Under the pieces are notes generated by a model that was not told where the DNA came from, did no database searches, and was given only the letters and a program-made list of their open reading frames with translations. A DNA stretch of 64,000 bases from Schizochytrium sp. TIO01. Its lineage: Eukaryota > Protista > Bigyra: Labyrinthulomycetes. Position numbers and translations under genes: made by a program. Below, piece by piece: positions 26,196 to 38,029 of this stretch. The stretch's first letter is position 1. Each line of letters starts with the position of its first letter. The stretch is from positions 1,426,001 through 1,490,000 of the forward strand of contig SMSO01000004.1 of the NCBI GenBank assembly GCA_004764695.1, read 5' to 3'.

Positions 26196-28133
26196 TTAGA
26201 GCTTGGAGTTTGGTGCAACAGGGCCGAGCTCGTACTCTGCAGCGTACTTGGGGATAATCTCCTGCTTGTGAAGCATGTCAAATGCCTCAGAGGCATCCTT
26301 GCCACCGTAGAGCAGAATAGCCTTCGCGCCACCCGGGTGGTTCTCGAGGAACTCAGTTACATCATAGACCTTGCCGTGGAGAATGACCCAGCAGTCGTCC
26401 TTCTTGTTGTGAGTAGCAACCTCGTCCATGGTGTAGGTCTTGGCCTCCTTCTTGGGAGCGGCAGCAGAGGATCCCTCAGAAGCACCCTGCTCGTAGAAAG
26501 CAGAGTTCGGGTCACGCTCAGCAGGGCCGTCATCCTCGATCTCAGCCTGGCCACCAGCTGCGGCCTTCTTGCCCTTGCCGCCCCAGGAGACGGTGACACT
26601 GTTGGAGGCCGGGTCCACGTGAAGGTCAAAGGCACCAGCCTTGCCGCCAGCTCCGGGTCCGCCAGCAATAAGCTTGTCGAGGAGGAAGCGGCTTGCGGTC
26701 TGACCAGCCTTGCGTCCGTACACGACACAGTCAAGAAGACTGGATCCACCAAGACGGTTAGTACCGTGGATGCCACCAATAATCTCGCCACCAGCGAAGA
26801 GACCCGGAATCGGCTTCTCGTCAGCAGTGATGACCTCTGCCTCAGCAGAAGTAGCGACACCACCCATGCAGTAGTGAACGAGCGGGGTAATGATAGCAAT
26901 GTGCCAGGTTTCGTCGTCAACGCTGAGAGGGAGGGCCTCGAAGTACTTCTTGTCCCAGTCATCCTTGCCAGCTTCGGCGTTCTTGTTGTATCTGTCAAAG
27001 TTAGCCTGAAGCTTCTCAGCAGAGATGTTCATCTCCTTGGCGAGCTCACGGCCGGTCATCTTCTTCATAAGACCACGCTGCACGTAGTGGTCGCAGTGCC
27101 ACTGGATGAGAGCGCTGGCCTTGCCGTTGAGGCAGAGACGGTAGGGGCCGTTGCCGTGCACGAACATGCGGCCACTGACGTAGTCACGCTTGCCGAGCTC
27201 GTCACAGAAGCGCTGGCCGTCCTTGTCAAGAATGACGGCACCAGAGCCACGGAGGGCCTCTGCGGCGAGGAACTTGACCTTGGCATCAGGCTCATTCGGG
27301 TCCACAATGCCGGTAGGGTGGATCTGGACGCAGTGGAGATCGCGAGTGGCGGCGCCAACGTTCACAGACATCTTGATACCATCACCGGTGCAGTGAGGGC
27401 CGTTAGTGGTCGGCAGGCTAAGAAGAGGCGGCATCGGGATCTTCTTGCCATTGCTCTGCTTGGCAGCACGAGAGCTAGTAGACCATGCCTCCATGCCGGC
27501 GAACTGGTCAGAGACCTGAGCCAGAAGCGAGTCGGCAGAAAAGTCAGCGCCGAAGCCACCGGTGGCCAGAATGACGGGGCCGTACTCCTTGTAAGTCTTG
27601 CCACCCTTCTCGAAGATAACACCGACAACCTCATCGCCCTCCTTGATGAGCTCAGTAACAGTTGCCTTGTTGATGAGGCGAGCGCGACCGTCCTTGGTGT
27701 CGCAGATAGCCTCATACGCCTCCATGAGGCCGTAGGTGATAGCCATACCGGGGAAACGCTCCTTACCACGGTGGGTACGCGGGTTGGAGTGAGCGGCAAG
27801 ACGAGCAATGATAGAGAGGTCGAGGTTGAACTTCTCCTTGAGCCACTCAAGAGCAGGACCAGACTCGAAGGTGAGGACCTTAATGAGGTCATCACGTGCA
27901 CCCTCGGCGGCAGATACCTTGGTGTCCTGGAAGAAGACCTCAGGAGAGTCCTCAATGCCAAGAGCGCGCTGAGAACTCGTGCCAGCAGCGTTCATGCCAC
28001 TGGTGGCCTTGGTGGAGTTGCCTCCGCAGAAAGGAGACTTGTCGAGGAGAAGGGTGCGGCCACCGGCCTGGAGAACGGTGTGTGCAGCAGACATGCCACT
28101 GAGGCCACCGCCAACGATGATGACTTGACTCAT
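26196..28133 (-). CDS. OSM1: Soluble FAD-dependent fumarate reductase (Osm1/Frd1, flavocytochrome c family) fused to a C-terminal cytochrome b5 domain, 645 aa
   Basis: FAD-binding and catalytic motifs: IIVGGGLSG, GGNSTKATSG, QIHPTG, EALRG, HYCMGG and IHGTNRLGGSSLLDCVVYGR. b5 domain: 'HNKKDDCWVILHGKVYDVTEFLENHPGG...FDMLH'. Strong C/G-ending codon bias. Confidence 0.95.
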   Translation of the reverse strand: MSQVIIVGGGLSGMSAAHTVLQAGGRTLLLDKSPFCGGNSTKATSGMNAAGTSSQRALGIEDSPEVFFQDTKVSAAEGARDDLIKVLTFESGPALEWLKEKFNLDLSIIARLAAHSNPRTHRGKERFPGMAITYGLMEAYEAICDTKDGRARLINKATVTELIKEGDEVVGVIFEKGGKTYKEYGPVILATGGFGADFSADSLLAQVSDQFAGMEAWSTSSRAAKQSNGKKIPMPPLLSLPTTNGPHCTGDGIKMSVNVGAATRDLHCVQIHPTGIVDPNEPDAKVKFLAAEALRGSGAVILDKDGQRFCDELGKRDYVSGRMFVHGNGPYRLCLNGKASALIQWHCDHYVQRGLMKKMTGRELAKEMNISAEKLQANFDRYNKNAEAGKDDWDKKYFEALPLSVDDETWHIAIITPLVHYCMGGVATSAEAEVITADEKPIPGLFAGGEIIGGIHGTNRLGGSSLLDCVVYGRKAGQTASRFLLDKLIAGGPGAGGKAGAFDLHVDPASNSVTVSWGGKGKKAAAGGQAEIEDDGPAERDPNSAFYEQGASEGSSAAAPKKEAKTYTMDEVATHNKKDDCWVILHGKVYDVTEFLENHPGGAKAILLYGGKDASEAFDMLHKQEIIPKYAAEYELGPVAPNSKL

Positions 28134-31100
28134 GGTGCTTAGTTTCTAGATAGATACAGTCGAACAATAATCAAAAAAGAGTGCAAATGAGATTCCGGAT
28201 CTGTGTGTGATGAATTATAGTATACCAAGTTAGTCTTCACTCAACACAAACACAAACAAACATGTCAAAGAGGATCCTTTCTTTCCATACTTTCCTCTCC
28301 CGCAAGTCAATGGGTATCCCACAAATCGTTCCTCTCGCTTTTCAATGCTCGATATGGTATACCATCTTATCGTCCGGGACTATCTTGCTGCGCGTCACGC
28401 ATGATCATTCTATGCACAGCATCGGGAGTACAACAACAACCAAAAATCACATGATAACAGCAAGAATGACTGACAAGAGCAACCACGAACGCGAGGCCCA
28501 GGGCGGAGGCATACACACGCTTGACTCATACCATGTCTCCCAACCCCACGTGAAGATCTAGCACACCTCATTTCTATTGCTCCTCAAACTGGTGATCTTG
28601 GCATTCGCTTATCTGATCATACAATCAATGCACCCCTAAATATTTCTCTTTCGGGATAAACCGTCCTCCCATCAGAGATAGTATCATAATAGTCGATTAG
28701 GTAGAGGCAGAGATTTCCAACATTCAAGGCTTTAAAAGATCAATCGATCCAAGCTCAACGACCCTCAGTACTTTGCTGGCGTGGCCGGTCACTTGACATC
28801 GTGAGATGAGCCATGCAAAACCATTGCAACGCCCGCCCACCCCTCGCGAACGAGGAGCAAGAGACCGCAGCCACTGGGAGAAGTACGTCAGCAGGGAGGA
28901 GCGAGTAGCGGCGGAAGTAAGAAACGAAACAAATAAACCTAGCAGATCTACACAGAAAGGAGACGCGTGTGCTGATGCCACAAGGGGAGGGAGCTCGGCT
29001 GAGGTGAGGAAGCTACGTGCAGCATACCTGCAGGAGCTTGAGTTCCACAACACTGGCCTTCAAGCGACAGTGCGCTTCGTACGTACCTCGGAAGTCTCAA
29101 TGAGTTAGTTTGGGAATTGCTTGAGTTCAAACAGCTCCATTTCGAATTCTTATCTTTTACTTTCAAACTTTCATTCTCTTATTTCTTTACTTTCTCTCCT
29201 GCTATTTTTCCAACTTTAAAATAATAGGATTCAAGAAAAGCTTTATTTTAAAATTGAAAAAATATCAACAGTAATCTATCTATCTGTATAGTAGCAGTGA
29301 AATAGAAACACTGCCTAGTTCAAAATTCGTTGTGCTTTCTTTCTTTCTTCTTTCTGCGTCATTCTGTTCTTTCCTTCGCACTCTCTCTAGCTCTAGGTGG
29401 TTCCTCCGATAAGTTTCCCCGCCCTACTATTACCTCCTTCGTCGCGCCTGCTTGCGCTTAGTCTTCGGTCGGCCTCCCCTCATTCCGGTCCTAACTTTAC
29501 CCGAGTGGTGCCCTTACTTCCACTATCATATGGGCCTCGCAAAACTAATATTTTATGCTAGTGTGTATGTGATTGAATGTGAGGGCATGTATGTCAACTA
29601 CTAAGGCTGTGCTTACACTGTCAACCCATGTGAGGTAAAAGTCCCAGTGGGCCTGGAAGCAATTCTTACAAAATAAAATAGCTGCACAGGTTTCCCCGAC
29701 ATGAAAGAGATTGCAAGCGGGTATGAAAAGAAGGGGAAAGAGAGAGCGCTCTCTTTCATGCGCCTCGCCTCTAGCTGTAACTGGTAGGAGTCCCCTACTG
29801 AAAGAAAACAAGAGGAAAGAACAAGGTAATGCAGACAAAGAGAAAATAAAGAAAGAAGGCCAAGAACAGAATGACCGAGGTCGCCACTCGAAAAAAGCAG
29901 CTGCAAGACAGCCAGTTTGTCAAAAGGTCAACCTCAAAGCCCTCTCCCAGACAACTAACTTGTCGTCTTTCGGCAGTCTCCACAAGTTTTTAGTCCGCCA
30001 GCGCCGCTGCCCAGAGCCTAAAGCGCGGTTACGCTGTAACGCATCAGCTCTCGCCCCTCCGTGTTCGTAGAACAGCAGGTACTGCCTGCTATTAGGAAGT
30101 ATGTGCTGTTTTTATTCATTTCGAAGTTTTTTTTTTTTTTTTTTAGTTAAACATCGTTTTTAAAGGAAAGAAAACTTAAAATTTTAAAAAGAAGAGGTGT
30201 ATTTTCATGATGTTCCACCATATCTATCATATGTAGTAATGTAGTAGAAGCAGTGCCTAACTTAATGAGGGAGGCTTTTGAAATTTAAAGTTTGGAATCG
30301 AGGATCCGGGACCCAATTAATTATCTCGCATTCCGTGGAATATGAAAACTGCAGGGAAGCTTGCGGAGAAGCTGAGGGTGCAGGCCGACCCAGGCCAGAC
30401 CGCCCCGAGGTCTCACGCCGCCTTCCCCCGCTAGTGGCTCAGCTGGCTGCTTCGAGTCCCTGTCAATCAAAATATGGGCGTAATCTTGAAGGAGAACTTG
30501 AGGTTTGTTGCTGTTTTTCCATCTGATTTTTCGAAGGAGAAGAAGAAGAAGATCAAGTCGAAGACAACAGGCAGAAAGAAGGAAAGTGAAGAAAGAAGGA
30601 GACGCTGAGAGGTAATGACGGGTTTCGCACTTTGGAGGTCTGTTTTCAAAGGTTTGAAAGGAAGGAAAGCAGAGATGAAATGGGTCCGAAGTGAGAAAGG
30701 CACGAAAGCAGTTTTGAAATTCGATATTTCCCTCCTTCTTATCCGTCGTTCCTGAGGTCGATCCAAACCAGCCTCGAGCTATGCGGGCCGGCCCTCAGCA
30801 GCTGATGAGGGCGCCGCCAATGCCGCAGAAGCAGGGAAGCCGGCGATGGTGTGCCCAGAGATCGGCAACGTCGACGCCAGCAATCAATCCCTTTTCCATT
30901 CTCTCTTTTTGAAATTTCAAATATAGGTGCCTGCCTGCCTGCCTACCTATCTACATAGCTAGCTAGCTAACTAGCTAGCTAGCTTCGGTACGGCAGCAGC
31001 TGAATACACAAATAGGTAATGCTCTTCAAATTGCGTTTCATGAACTAAGTCATAACAATTGATGCACTAATTATAATTAACTAATGATGATTGATTGATT

Positions 31101-31861
31101 GATTGTAATTATTTTCAAATTGCTTCGTTGCCTGTACTTTTTGTTGAAAACTTGAGCCTTCATTGATTCATAAATTGACAGACAGACAGACAGTCACAGC
31201 TCCTCTCGAAGAAACCCATGCCAAAATGCAATCGTAGTTGAAGTTGCAACTGCAGGTAAGCTGACTTTGAAGCAGGTGCTTTCTCGCTTTGCTTGCTTTG
31301 CTTGCTTTGCTTGCTTTGCTTGGGTTTTCTGTTAGGTCTGAAATGCTCAAAGTATGTAGGAATTATTTTGACTTTCTTCTGAGTCCGAGTCGGCAACTTG
31401 AGCAGCGAGGGATGGACTGACCATCTTGAAACCAGGTAGCACGAGCGGGCAAACAAACGAACACCTGCCCGCCTGCCTGCCTGCCTGCCTGCCTGGCGGC
31501 GCGGGTCTTTGATTCTTTTTGCGTAAACGGCGCTACACGATACACCATCTCGAGTGCTCGAACGTAGCTGTCTGTGGCGTGCGAGGGCGGGCTCCAAGCA
31601 GAGCGAGAACAGGCTCTTTCCTTCTTGAAGGATCGAGGGTTTTCTCTTTCTCTCTCATCTTCTCAGTCAGTCCTTTCTCGCTAGTCGTCTTTTTGAATTT
31701 GAAAGAAACCACGAGGAGAAGTAAGTAAGTGACTTTTACTTTTTATTTTACTTTTACTTTTACTTTATTTTCAAACGTAGCATTGCTTTCTTCTTGCTGT
31801 TGTCTGTTTGCTGCATCGTGGTAGTAATTTTAAAAAAAGCTAGATGCGATAACCGTAGACT

Positions 31862-31864
31862 TTT

Positions 31865-31901
<37 letters not shown>

Positions 31902-31912
31902 TTTTTTTTTTT
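31862..31912. repeat. (TTTC)n / poly-T microsatellite
   Basis: Directly visible. Confidence 0.9.
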
Positions 31913-32280
31913 CAAGTCATTTTGAAAGAAATATATTACCTGAAAAATTGGAGAGCGTGGAATGAAAGAATGTGAGATGCACTTTGCAATGGTCACGAGA
32001 AGGATTACATCTTCAAGAACCCGAACGCCAAGGACTCCAGAAAGTTGACTGTGCGCCCCAAGAGGGATACCTACACGGACCCCAGAGAGGCCTTGCAATG
32101 CAAAGCTCTATGGAGAGAGACAGCGGAGCGAAGTAATGCACCTCCGATTGCAGTGGTTGTCAATTCTCCATGAAAGGTGCTGCTGGCGCAGAACCCGAGT
32201 CCACATTGGAATTGGATACTGCTGCTCTTCTGACTGTTACTGTTATGACCTGTAGGTTCCTGGCACGTAAGAACAGCGCT

Positions 32281-32830
32281 GGAGACCTAAGCTTGCGAAG
32301 CTTCGATGGCGCCCACTTCGCTGTAAATGAGGCAGCAGCAGCATCTTGCCGAATGAGCATGGCATCGCAGGACCCAGAGACCTTGGATCAGGAGGGCGCA
32401 CGATAGACTGAGATCACCCATGAGAGAAAGAGCGATCCAGTTGAAGGGACATCCTTGTGTCGCGTGGCCATAGAAGGTTCTACTAACAAGTACATGGTTT
32501 GACGGATCCATTCGTCAAAGCCACAGGTGCGCTTCTTCACGATAATTGCGACATACAACCACCACGATCAACTCAATTGAAGATTGCGAAGGAGTTTTCC
32601 CAATCGGTGGCGCTGAGACTTCCGGAGAAAGAAATCTGGCGCCCCGGATTCACATTGGATTATTTATTTATTTATGCCTTCATTCATTCATTCATTCATT
32701 CATTCATTCATTCATTCATTCATTCATTCGTTCGTTCGTACATTTGCCTCGACGAGGACGGAGAAGATCTCTGAAGATGGCACAACTTGCGTCATCTTGG
32801 TTGCTGCACTCAGGATTGTGATCTCGCGAG
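32281..32830 (+). pseudogene. Possible decayed Skp1/BTB-POZ-like coding remnant
   Basis: 'GDLSLRSFDGAHFAVNEAAAASCRM' resembles the Skp1 N-terminal strands (I.L.S.DG..F.V...A). Later fragments are interrupted by stops, frameshifts and an (ATTC)n repeat. Confidence 0.3.
32679..32738. repeat. (ATTC)n microsatellite
   Basis: Directly visible. Confidence 0.9.
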
Positions 32831-35800
32831 GTTTGGAATGAGCTCAGGCTGGTGATGTAATTAATCTACATTTCTCAAGATGCGTCTTGAGGAGGAGGAT
32901 GATGATGATGATGATGATCGTCCTCCGTCATCACCATCCTCGCCACGAAGGATCGGCATGACCTATTTGAACAAACAAACACACAGATTGTTAGGTACCT
33001 GTTATTGCCAATACGAAAGACCCGCTGATGCTGCATCACATCTATCATGCATACATGGAGTTCTAGTGGATGCAAGAACGAGGCAAGAATGCTATCTATT
33101 CTGCAAGCGCATGCCGTCTTGGTTGATTTCAAGTCGAGGGAAATGGCTTTTTGAGGACGATGATGAAGCAGAAGACTAAGCAAGAAACCTCAGCACACCC
33201 TCCACGCCCTCAAGTAGGTAGGTTGGTAGGTAACTTGAAGACAATGCCTCCGAATTGCCGCTGCCAGGATTCTGGCTATCTCTTTCCTCTCCCTCCCAGG
33301 TAAACCAACCTTACAATGTCGGTTATGGTGTAACGGAATACAAACTCTTGCGCGCTATTTTTCTATTTCTTTTTCTTTGTTTCAATGAAAATTATTTAGG
33401 TATGCGAAGCAATAATAAAATATTTTTATACTCTTTTTTATTCTTTTTTCTTTTTCTAATATTTTTTAAAATATGCTTAATGAGAAAGACTGCGTCGTTC
33501 CACCCTTATGTTCTTTGTATTTTCTGTATGTTCTTTTTGTAATTTAAGGATTTCTTCCGAGCCCTGTTAAATTAAAAATATAAAAAATAATAAATCGTTT
33601 CTTGAAGTCCGTGTAGCTAGCTATTCAAAAGAAGAAAACCATTGCTCAACAAAGAGCTCAATTCAAAATGATGCAAATCGGCTGACCAGTGCAGCATCTG
33701 GGGGAATTTGAGGTGACAAAGATCCCTTCAAAAAGGCCTCGGTTAAGCTCAAAATCAGCGAGGTCGCTTGCAATACCTACTTCTGAATTCTGTCAACGCG
33801 CTGATTTTGTTATCAAAGTTAGAACCGCCTCCGAATTCTGCGCTCCGAATTCATCTATGCATAATGAGAACCCCTACTATCAAGTTTCCATGTGCATTCT
33901 GTATGCCACCTGCATCACTCAGCAATGTGGATATTGCCCGTACTTTGATGAAAGCTCATACAGTAAAACGCGACGGGTTTTGGATCTTCCATCCTTCAAG
34001 TCAGGATAAAATACCAAGTTCGTCTTCGAGGTGCTTCTGACTCCTGAGAGAGAAGTAAAATTATTCATCAAAGCAGTTAGTCGCATGTCAACCCATGAAC
34101 AATCAATGCGCATTATTCTACGCACTATTCGAAACCCTGTACCAGAAGTTGATTACATGTCTTTGGCGTCTGGATCGAGAGGAATTTAAAGAGAAAAACG
34201 CCAGGTTCTACCTACGTAGTCTCAAAAGACCGCCGAAACGAACTTTAAAGAGGGAACTTGGATCGTTTTCTGCTTCAAGATCACGATCCAATCTCAAATA
34301 CACCAACCCCGGGATTCACTGCCGCAGGAGCTTCAAGTTTCAGGTGAACTCCAACGGATGCGGCCGCGGTGCTTTTGCGAGCAGCACAGCAAAAGAATTA
34401 GTGCTACTCACCATTTTCAAGCTCAAGTTGGAACGGTTTTGCGATTTTCCGCAACCCGGCAGCTTTAAAAGATGCATGAACGGCGCGGGAACCTTCGGCC
34501 ATATTGGATCTATGAAAATCAAGATCCAAATAAAACGAGACATACGATCAACCTAGGTTCTACCTACCTTCACTCTGTGATAGAGTAGGAAACTTGAGAT
34601 CAATCACGAGTGGCCATGCATTTCTTTATTCTTTTCTCAGCTTGTCACAGTAAGAGCCTTTTGATGATTACCATGACCATGATCATGTAGATGGAAGACA
34701 CTAATTCGAAGGTGCACTGTGATTTGCTCGCGCGCAGCGTCATCATACGACCATCTACTTGGGCCGTACCGAAGTCAAAGCACGGCAGCATTCAACTTCT
34801 CATTTTGTGAACTACTTAACTTAAAATTAAAAAATGATCACAATTTATCGAGATTACGTATGCAAAGTGAAACCTGGTGGGTCACATGCAGCAAAAATAC
34901 TGCGATTTTTGCAGGTGATGAAGTTGTCGGTCGTGACAGTTGGCTTCATAGAATCGAGCGCATACGCGGCGACTCTGGCAGGTAGTTTCGGGCATTGGCA
35001 AGTTGCCCTTTTAAATTTTCTTATGACCAAAATCAATCAATCAATCGATCAATCAATCAATCAATCAATCAAGACACGGGAGACGCCACAATCCAAGCGT
35101 GGAAGAAAAACAGGAAACGAGCACGCGGGCTCCAAGTCGGAGCCAACCAATTAAAGTTGCTTTGCGGTGAGGATCTAGGCACATCAGGGCACCAAATTCG
35201 CGGCTCCTGGCGAGACTTTCGCGGCCCAAAGAACAGGCCCCGAACACACCTGCTAGGAGGGAGGAGCAGGAGTCACAAACCTGCGAGCGCGGTTGCGAGC
35301 AAAGGTGGTGCTGCACAAACGCAAAGATTGCTTGGCGTTGATCAAAATATTGCATTGTGGGTGCAAACTCTTGACCACGTAGCCGTAATGGCCGGTTCTG
35401 CGGCTGAATAAAGATAACTTCTGATAGGAAATGATAGGAAATCAGGTTAAAATTTCGTTCATGTTGGTTTATTGATTCAAGGTAAATAAGATCAAGGTGC
35501 TAAAGGCGGGTGTCGCTCTCCCACACGAGCATGCGTGAAAGCTAATGATATGTGTGTTTTAACGACAAAGAAACGAAGCATGAGTATCGACTACAAATTT
35601 CCGGTGATCTAGTCTGGCAACAGACTCAAAGAAGGCGCATGACAAGTATGTTATGTAGGCTTTTTGTCGAAAATAAACACGTTGCAGTAAAACCCGGCAC
35701 TAGATACTGCAGATTGACCTGGCCAAATTGGTCCGTGAATGGGTGCGTGCTATGTTCCGTCATAGCAAGCCAAATGAGCGCATGCTTCAACTCCGCCTAC

Positions 35801-35873
35801 TCCAACGAATAGTACTCTCGCTACATACACCACATAGTAAGTTCTGAAGAAGAATAGTTTGCCAAGGTAAGCT

Positions 35874-37313
35874 TTATTTACTTTGAGGAAATCGCAATTC
35901 CCAGTCCTTTTTCCAATGGTCGTGTTCGTACGGGGATGAGAACTTGGCCGTGGTTGGCGGGTGGAACCAATAATTCACGGCAAGATGACCCGGGAAGTCC
36001 TCCTTCTCATGATCGTCGGTGGCAGATGTCACTTCGTGAAACCATCCACAGGGAAGATAAAGCATTTCACCAGCATTGATGCTCACCTTTGCCGGTGTGG
36101 CTCTCAAGAAGAGTGGAAATTTGCTCTTGTCCGGAGCATCTGGGTCGTTCACCATTGAGAAGTTTAAAGGAGTTTGCGTAGGATCAGATTCGTCAACAGA
36201 GCCCTCAGACCGCTGCCGCTTTGAGGGCCGAGCGTCAAGAGCGTCGCCTTCCTCATCCTCATCATCGTCCTCGCCAGCTTCACCATCATCAGAATCCCCT
36301 TCCTCGGCATCACTGTCCTGATAATCATCACGAAGGTTAGCCCAATCAACCTCCTCATCGTCGTCGTCGTCGTCGTCATTGACCCCCATCGCGAGCTCCT
36401 TCTCATCCACATCAGTATCAGGAGGCGCTGTAAACAAAGAATTGGCTCCCTTGGCACCCTTGGGCAGGAGAGCGTCCATGGCAGCATCCAAGGCTTCCTC
36501 TGCCTCATCAACACGAGCTTGTGCACCTTTTTCCCCACGCGCTAAAGCTGCCTCGGCCTTCTCAAGGTTCTCCTCCGCAGACATTTTTGCAACAGCTAAC
36601 TTTAATTGACGCTCCATCATAGAATCAGATCCATCCGCACGGGTGGCGAAGCCCTCGTAGTTGATGCGGCCGTTCGGGTGCACTTTGGCAATCTCACCGC
36701 GAGTGTACATGAGTGAGGTATCGGCGGGGCTGAAAAGCCGGAAGGTTTTGCGCCCCCGCAGCAAAATGTACAAGTTATCATGATAGTCGTGGTGCAGGCC
36801 CGTTGAAGTACCATCCTTGGAATTGCCCATCCAAATGTTCATCGTGGATAGTACTAAATTCCCCATGAGAGTCGGGCACAGTGGAAGGTCATTGACATTT
36901 TTGGCACGGATCTCCCGCAGCGGAGAAGCCATCAGCTCCTGCTGGCCTAACGAATTGGTTGCGAGATCTTGTGTCGTCAGATACATAGACTCGTCCCCAG
37001 CATCCACACGAGTCAGAAACCTGTCAAAGGTCATCTTTTCTTTTACACCTTGCCCGAACCCGGTGGCTCCCCGAGTGCCACCCTTGACCTCTACTGCGAT
37101 GGTGGAACTTCCGGCGGCTTTCCTCAGAGCGCTGTTGGACCACGTTTGCAGAGATTGGAGGTCCTCTGGCAGGCCGCAGAGAATGGCTGGCCGGCGCTTA
37201 GCGACGTGGTCTTTGAAGAAGGTCTCGGCGTCCACGGAGGAAACATCCAGACGTGGAATCGAGGCCTCCGCCTTGCGGATGGGGAGCACGAAGCCCTTGT
37301 AGTCAAAAGACAT
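35874..37313 (-). CDS. JmjC-domain (Cupin_8 type) 2-oxoglutarate/Fe(II) oxygenase with long acidic insertion
   Basis: Motifs 'FFKDHVAKRRPAIL', 'NIWMG', 'TGLHHDYHDNLYILLRGRKTFRLFSP' (HxD) and 'AGEMLYLPCGWFHEV' (distal His). Start is ATG 37313, alternatively 37370. Confidence 0.9.
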   Translation of the reverse strand: MSFDYKGFVLPIRKAEASIPRLDVSSVDAETFFKDHVAKRRPAILCGLPEDLQSLQTWSNSALRKAAGSSTIAVEVKGGTRGATGFGQGVKEKMTFDRFLTRVDAGDESMYLTTQDLATNSLGQQELMASPLREIRAKNVNDLPLCPTLMGNLVLSTMNIWMGNSKDGTSTGLHHDYHDNLYILLRGRKTFRLFSPADTSLMYTRGEIAKVHPNGRINYEGFATRADGSDSMMERQLKLAVAKMSAEENLEKAEAALARGEKGAQARVDEAEEALDAAMDALLPKGAKGANSLFTAPPDTDVDEKELAMGVNDDDDDDDEEVDWANLRDDYQDSDAEEGDSDDGEAGEDDDEDEEGDALDARPSKRQRSEGSVDESDPTQTPLNFSMVNDPDAPDKSKFPLFLRATPAKVSINAGEMLYLPCGWFHEVTSATDDHEKEDFPGHLAVNYWFHPPTTAKFSSPYEHDHWKKDWELRFPQSK

Positions 37314-38029
37314 TGTAAGCAGAGCCTGCACGTTGAAGGATGAAGGCCGGTACTTGGGTTTTGGACGCATCTGTGGACCGCAATCCGCAAGACAAAAGAA
37401 AATTTTAGTCTTGATAGGAAAGAGGCTCAACTCTACTTTGAGGCACTTTACGTGTGCACCTGCTTACCTAATAAGGACAGAGAAAGTAGCATTGGCTAAG
37501 TTTTACGCCTGTCCATACCTAACCACAAAACGAGATGCATTAATTGTTCTTTCCCGAATAGCAGCTTTAATGGGATCTCACTAGAGGTGTGCTGCGTTCG
37601 ACTCCTTAGTTTGGATAATCAATGCTGCTAAAGATTAAATCTGAAAGGATTTTTTTTGATGCCGATGCCATGCCATGCACTACAAACTTTTAAAAGAATA
37701 GCGTACGCCCTTTAAGAGAAGTCTAGCTTTTTTCTCACAGAATAAATTTTGTACGATATCTTGATATTATAGTACGATATTATTCAACGGATACTTAAGC
37801 AAAGCCTTGGGGCTCCTACGGAAAATAATAAGCTCATTGATCGCAAATGACCTCCGGGAAGCAACGTCTACTTTTAGAGGTTAGTTTACAAGCTCAAAAG
37901 TTTCGCTGGCCCTTTGCTGTATTACAAAGGCTTGCTCTGTTAAAAGCTTAGTTGCGGTCCTCACCGCTCGCGAGTAAACCCTGGCTGGGGGATGCGAGAG
38001 TGCGCAAAGAAGACAAAAGGCTGGCAAAT

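Noticed and set aside
26268-28142. 624-aa antisense ORF overlapping the fumarate reductase
   Set aside because: Mirror-frame ORF expected from the strong codon bias of the sense gene; no recognisable motifs.
35065-35355. Weak peroxiredoxin-like 'RQAIFAFVQHHLC' resemblance
   Set aside because: Too short, lacks CxxC, and the rest is not supportive.
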